Of a DNA stretch of 64,000 nucleotides, positions 60,182 through 64,000 are shown piece by piece (position 1 is the first letter of the stretch; the number at the start of each line of letters is the position of its first letter). The notes under the pieces were generated by a model. It had not been told where the DNA came from and ran no database searches. It saw only the letters and a program-made list of their open reading frames with translations. The stretch is from the human T2T-CHM13v2.0 reference genome, Homo sapiens, in the NCBI RefSeq assembly GCF_009914755.1, contig NC_060932.1; one strand, written 5' to 3'. The translations under genes and the position numbers were made by a program.

Positions 60182-60779
60182 TGAAATGTTAAAATATTAA
60201 GGTAAAATTCTGCATGTTGTCTTTACTAATAACATAGCCACTGTAAGGTCAGGATTTGAAATTAAGTAGTATAATTTAAATAAGTATTATAATTTAAATA
60301 TGTAATTGGTTGTAATTTTTGTGCTTTGGGAAATTTTTACTAATGTGATAATAGTTTTAGTGTCAGGAGAATTTTGAAAGCAAATATTTACTTGAGAGTA
60401 AAGTTTCCTTTATCACACTGCATAAGCATCTGTGTTTATCCTGAGTTCTCCTTGATTTTATAAAGCCTTAGTTAAGTGTGTTATCAGATAGAATCATTCA
60501 TAAAAATAATAAAAAATGAGGGTACACATGCTGATATACTCCCAGCACATGGTAAACACTACATAAGTATCATTAAATAAGTAAATCTATATTTTTAGGG
60601 AGGATTTTATTAAGATACCATAGCATATTAGTACATATAGTACTTGGAGTGATCCAGTGAAGAGGCAGAAATTGATGATTCAGGAGACTGATGAAGGAAT
60701 AATGAGGCATTGGTCACTGAACATCTCACTAGCACACTTTGGCAAGTTGGAATTTCTAAACGTCTCTCTCCACCTGTTG

Positions 60780-61400
60780 AATAAGTCAATGAAAGGTTTT
60801 ATTAGGGCCTTCTAAGTGCATGGCAGTCAATAAGTCACAGTTCCCACACCCTAGTCAGGGAGGCTCTCAATAAGCAAGCAACTGAAATCCTAGTTGCAAT
60901 CCATAAATGCTGAAATGGAAATAAACAACATGATGAGGGAGGATTAAGTTGGGGAGGGAGCACATTAAGGTGGCCATGAAGTTTGTTGGAAGAAGTGACT
61001 TTTGAACAAGGCCTTGGTGTTAAGAGCTGATGAGAGTGTCCCAGACAGAGGGGCCACTGGTACAATAGACGAGATGGGAGAGGGCTTGGAAGGTGTGCGA
61101 AATAGGAAGGAGTTTGTTCTGGTATGAGTCTAGTGAACACAGAGGCGAGAGGCCCTGGTGGGTGCAGCTGGAGAGTTATGCAGAATAACATTAGGCCCTG
61201 TGGGGGACTGTAGACTGTCAGCAATAATCCACAGTTTGGATTTTATTCTAAGAGTGATGGGAAGCCGTGGAAAGGGGGTTAAGCAAGGAGTGAAATTATC
61301 AGATTTACAGTGATAAAAATAAATTGGTCTGGCTACTGGGGAAAAAATGGATTGGAGGGAGTTTAGAATGGAAGCAGAGAGCAGGTTGGAGGTTCTCCCA
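60780..61400. mobile_element. L2 fragment
   Basis: L2-like purine-rich degenerate sequence (TTTGGATTTTATTCTAAGAGTGATGGGAAGCCGTGGA). Confidence 0.6.
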
Positions 61401-62811
61401 AGAGACTCTATGAGACATGATGGTGATTTTTGTCTTTGTGGGTTTTGTTTTGTTTTGTTTTGTTGGGCCTGGACAATCTGAATTCTGCCAACCTCTTCAG
61501 TTCAGAACCAGCTTGACCGCAGGCCCCATCCATCTGCCAGTCACCACAGCCCTCTAGGAATTGGCCTTGGGCGTGTTGTATGTTCACATCTGCCTGTAAG
61601 ATATGCTTGGAGTGTGCCTACAAATGGAAAAGCTTGGGAGTTTTGGAATACAGCAGGCATTCTGGTGGTTGGGAACCCAAGATAGTGACCTTGGGAGGCT
61701 GAGAAGGCTAGGACAGCCTTGCTGCCACTGCTACCATCTCTACCAGTCGGTTCTGGACCAAGTGGAGGGACATGACATGGTTGAAGTAAATTTAGGGCCT
61801 TCCTCCTTATCCTAGTAGTATTTTGTTTTTTTGTTTTTAAAGAGACGGGGTCTAGCTCTGTCACTCAGGATGGGAGTACATTGGTGCAATCATAGCTCAC
61901 TGCAGCCTCAAACTCCTGGCCTCAAGCTGTCCTCCGGCCTCAGCCTCCCGAGTAGTTGAGATTAGAAGCATGAGCCACCATGCCTGGTTTATTTTAGCAG
62001 TTTTATCCCAGTGTGGAGAAAACAAAGGGCTGTCAGTGGTTACTTCCACTTCCTCACCGAGGCCCTTCTCTAAATGTCTGTAATAAAATGGAGCTGGCTC
62101 ATGTGACTTTAGTTGAGGTTCTTGGACACTCTTCTCAAGTTGTTGGTGCACAACACTCTTCTTCAATATTGTTTTAGTGCCAACATTGGCTATTTTGCCT
62201 GTACTTTATTTTTAATTCATATATCACTTTTATCAAGAATCGGATAAGTAAAAGGTGCTTAAATAGAGATGTAGTAAACCTAGGAAAAACTGGGACAGCT
62301 TTGTGATTACAGAATGATGGAAAAATCAAAGATGGGGGTGGAGTGGGAATTAGAGGAAGGATGTATCAGTAAGGAAGGAAAACAGGAAAAAGTTGTAACT
62401 GATTCATCATGTGATGTGTGAGGGGAGGGGAGAAGGCTACTATGTATCTTTCATTGGCAGAGCCTGTTTTGTTTTAAAATCTGTTCTGCAGTGAATTTAA
62501 TTTACAGATGTGACAAAGATGTCCTTTGTTTCTGTTGAAACATTTGGGATGTATTTGGAGCTAGTATCCTGAGAGGCAGAAATAAACAGATACAGATTAT
62601 ATATACTCTTACAGTAGACTTTCAGTAAAGTAACCAGTTTGGGGTTAGAATTTGCTGGGAAGGTGCTTTTAATGTAACTTAAAACGAAACCTATTCATAG
62701 GGTCTATTCTCTTCTCAGAAATTGTCCCCATCCCAATTCCTTTTCTTATTTACTAGGTCATTTCCCCTTGCCACATATGTATGCCCAGGGTATGTGTATG
62801 GCTTTTTTTTT

Positions 62812-63960
62812 TTAGACTTTTTTTTTTCATAGCTAAATTAGGAAAGTACAGAGTTCCCCATATATCTGTGCTGCCACACATGTCCAGCACTCCCCATTGT
62901 CAATATCCCCCACCAGAGTGGTACATATGTTACAATCGGTGAACCTATGTTAACACATCGTAGTAACCCAAAATCCATAGATTCCATTAGGGTTCACTCC
63001 TGGTGTTGTACATTCTGTGGGTTTGGACAAATGTATAATGACATGTGTCCATCATTATAGTGTCACAGAGTATTTTCACTGCCTTAAAAATCCTCTGCCT
63101 AGTCATCGTTTCACCCTGTGCCCCAGCCCCTGGCAGCTGCTGATCTTTTTACTGTTTTCCTAGTTTTGCCTTTTCTAGAATGTCATATAATTGGAATCTT
63201 GCAGTATGTAGCCTTTTCAGATTGGCTTCTTTCACATAGTGATATGCATTTAAGGTTTCTCCATGTCTTGTTATGGCTGGATAGCTTATTTCTTTTTAGC
63301 ACTGAAAAGTATTTCATTGTCTGGATGTACTACAGTGTATTAATCTATTCACCTATAGTAGGGCATCTTGGTTGTTTCCAAGTTTTGGCAATTATGAATA
63401 AAGTTGCTAGAGACATCCATTTACAGGTTTTTGTGTGCACGTAGTTTTTAGCTTCTTTGGGTAAATACCAAGGAGTGCAACTTCTGGATTGTATAGTAAG
63501 AATATGTTTAGTTTTGTAAGAAACTGCCAAACTGCCAGAGTGGCTGTACCATTTTGCATTCCTACCAACAGAGAATGAGAGTTCCTGCTATTCCCTATCC
63601 TCACCAGCATTTGGTGTTGTCAGTGTTCTGGATTCTGACCATTTCTGAAAAGTATGTAATGGTATCTCATTTTAATTTGCATTTCCTGGTGACATGATGT
63701 GGAATATGCTTCTTTGCATTTGCCATCTGTATGTCTTCTTTGGTGAGGTGTCTGTTAAGGTATTTGGTTCATGTTTTAATCAGATTGTTTTCTTGTTGTT
63801 TAAAGAGTTTTTTGTGTATTTTAGATAACAGTCCTTTATTGGCTGTATCTTCTGCAAATGTTTTCTTCCAGTCTGTGGTTTGTCTTCTCATTCTCTTCAT
63901 GTTCTTTCATGGATTATGCCTTTGGTGTAGCATTTGCAAAATCATTGCCATGCTTGTGGT
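62812..63960 (-). mobile_element. L1MC/L1MB-type 3' end
   Basis: T tail, L1 3' UTR, ORF2 C-terminal-like peptides (ATLFIIAKTWKQPRCP; LLGIYPK). Confidence 0.85.
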
Positions 63961-64000
63961 CATCTAATTTTTGTGTGTGTGTGTGGTTTATTTTTATTTT

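Noticed and set aside
60263-60298. 18-bp tandem duplication TAAGTA(G/T)TATAATTTAAA
   Set aside because: Only two copies; an ordinary slippage duplication, not an array.

Overview
Primate (almost certainly human) intronic DNA, very rich in repeats: roughly 70 Alu elements or fragments by eye (several nested), ancient antisense L1 and L2/MIR fragments, MaLR solo LTRs, and Tigger/Charlie/MER81 DNA-transposon fossils. The only convincing protein-like ORF is an intronless, full-length 202-aa securin retrocopy on the minus strand (47166-47774), recognisable as PTTG3P. It has a perfect 19-bp target-site duplication, a polyA signal and an A-tail remnant, and sits inside an old L1. A CpG-island promoter at about 55.05-56.1 kb has GC boxes, an inverted CCAAT box and a plus-strand first exon ending at a canonical donor (55795|GTAAG). 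From the recalled position of PTTG3P (8q13.1) this is probably an internal/alternative SGK3 promoter; no SGK3 coding exon is visible here. I found no clearly new biological system. The best leads are the intact securin retro-ORF and its arrangement relative to the host gene and CpG island, a uORF in the first exon, an ~80-bp micro-inversion creating a candidate cryptic exon, and a cruciform-prone AT palindrome cluster. Repeat subfamily names and comparisons with PTTG1 are from memory, not database searches.
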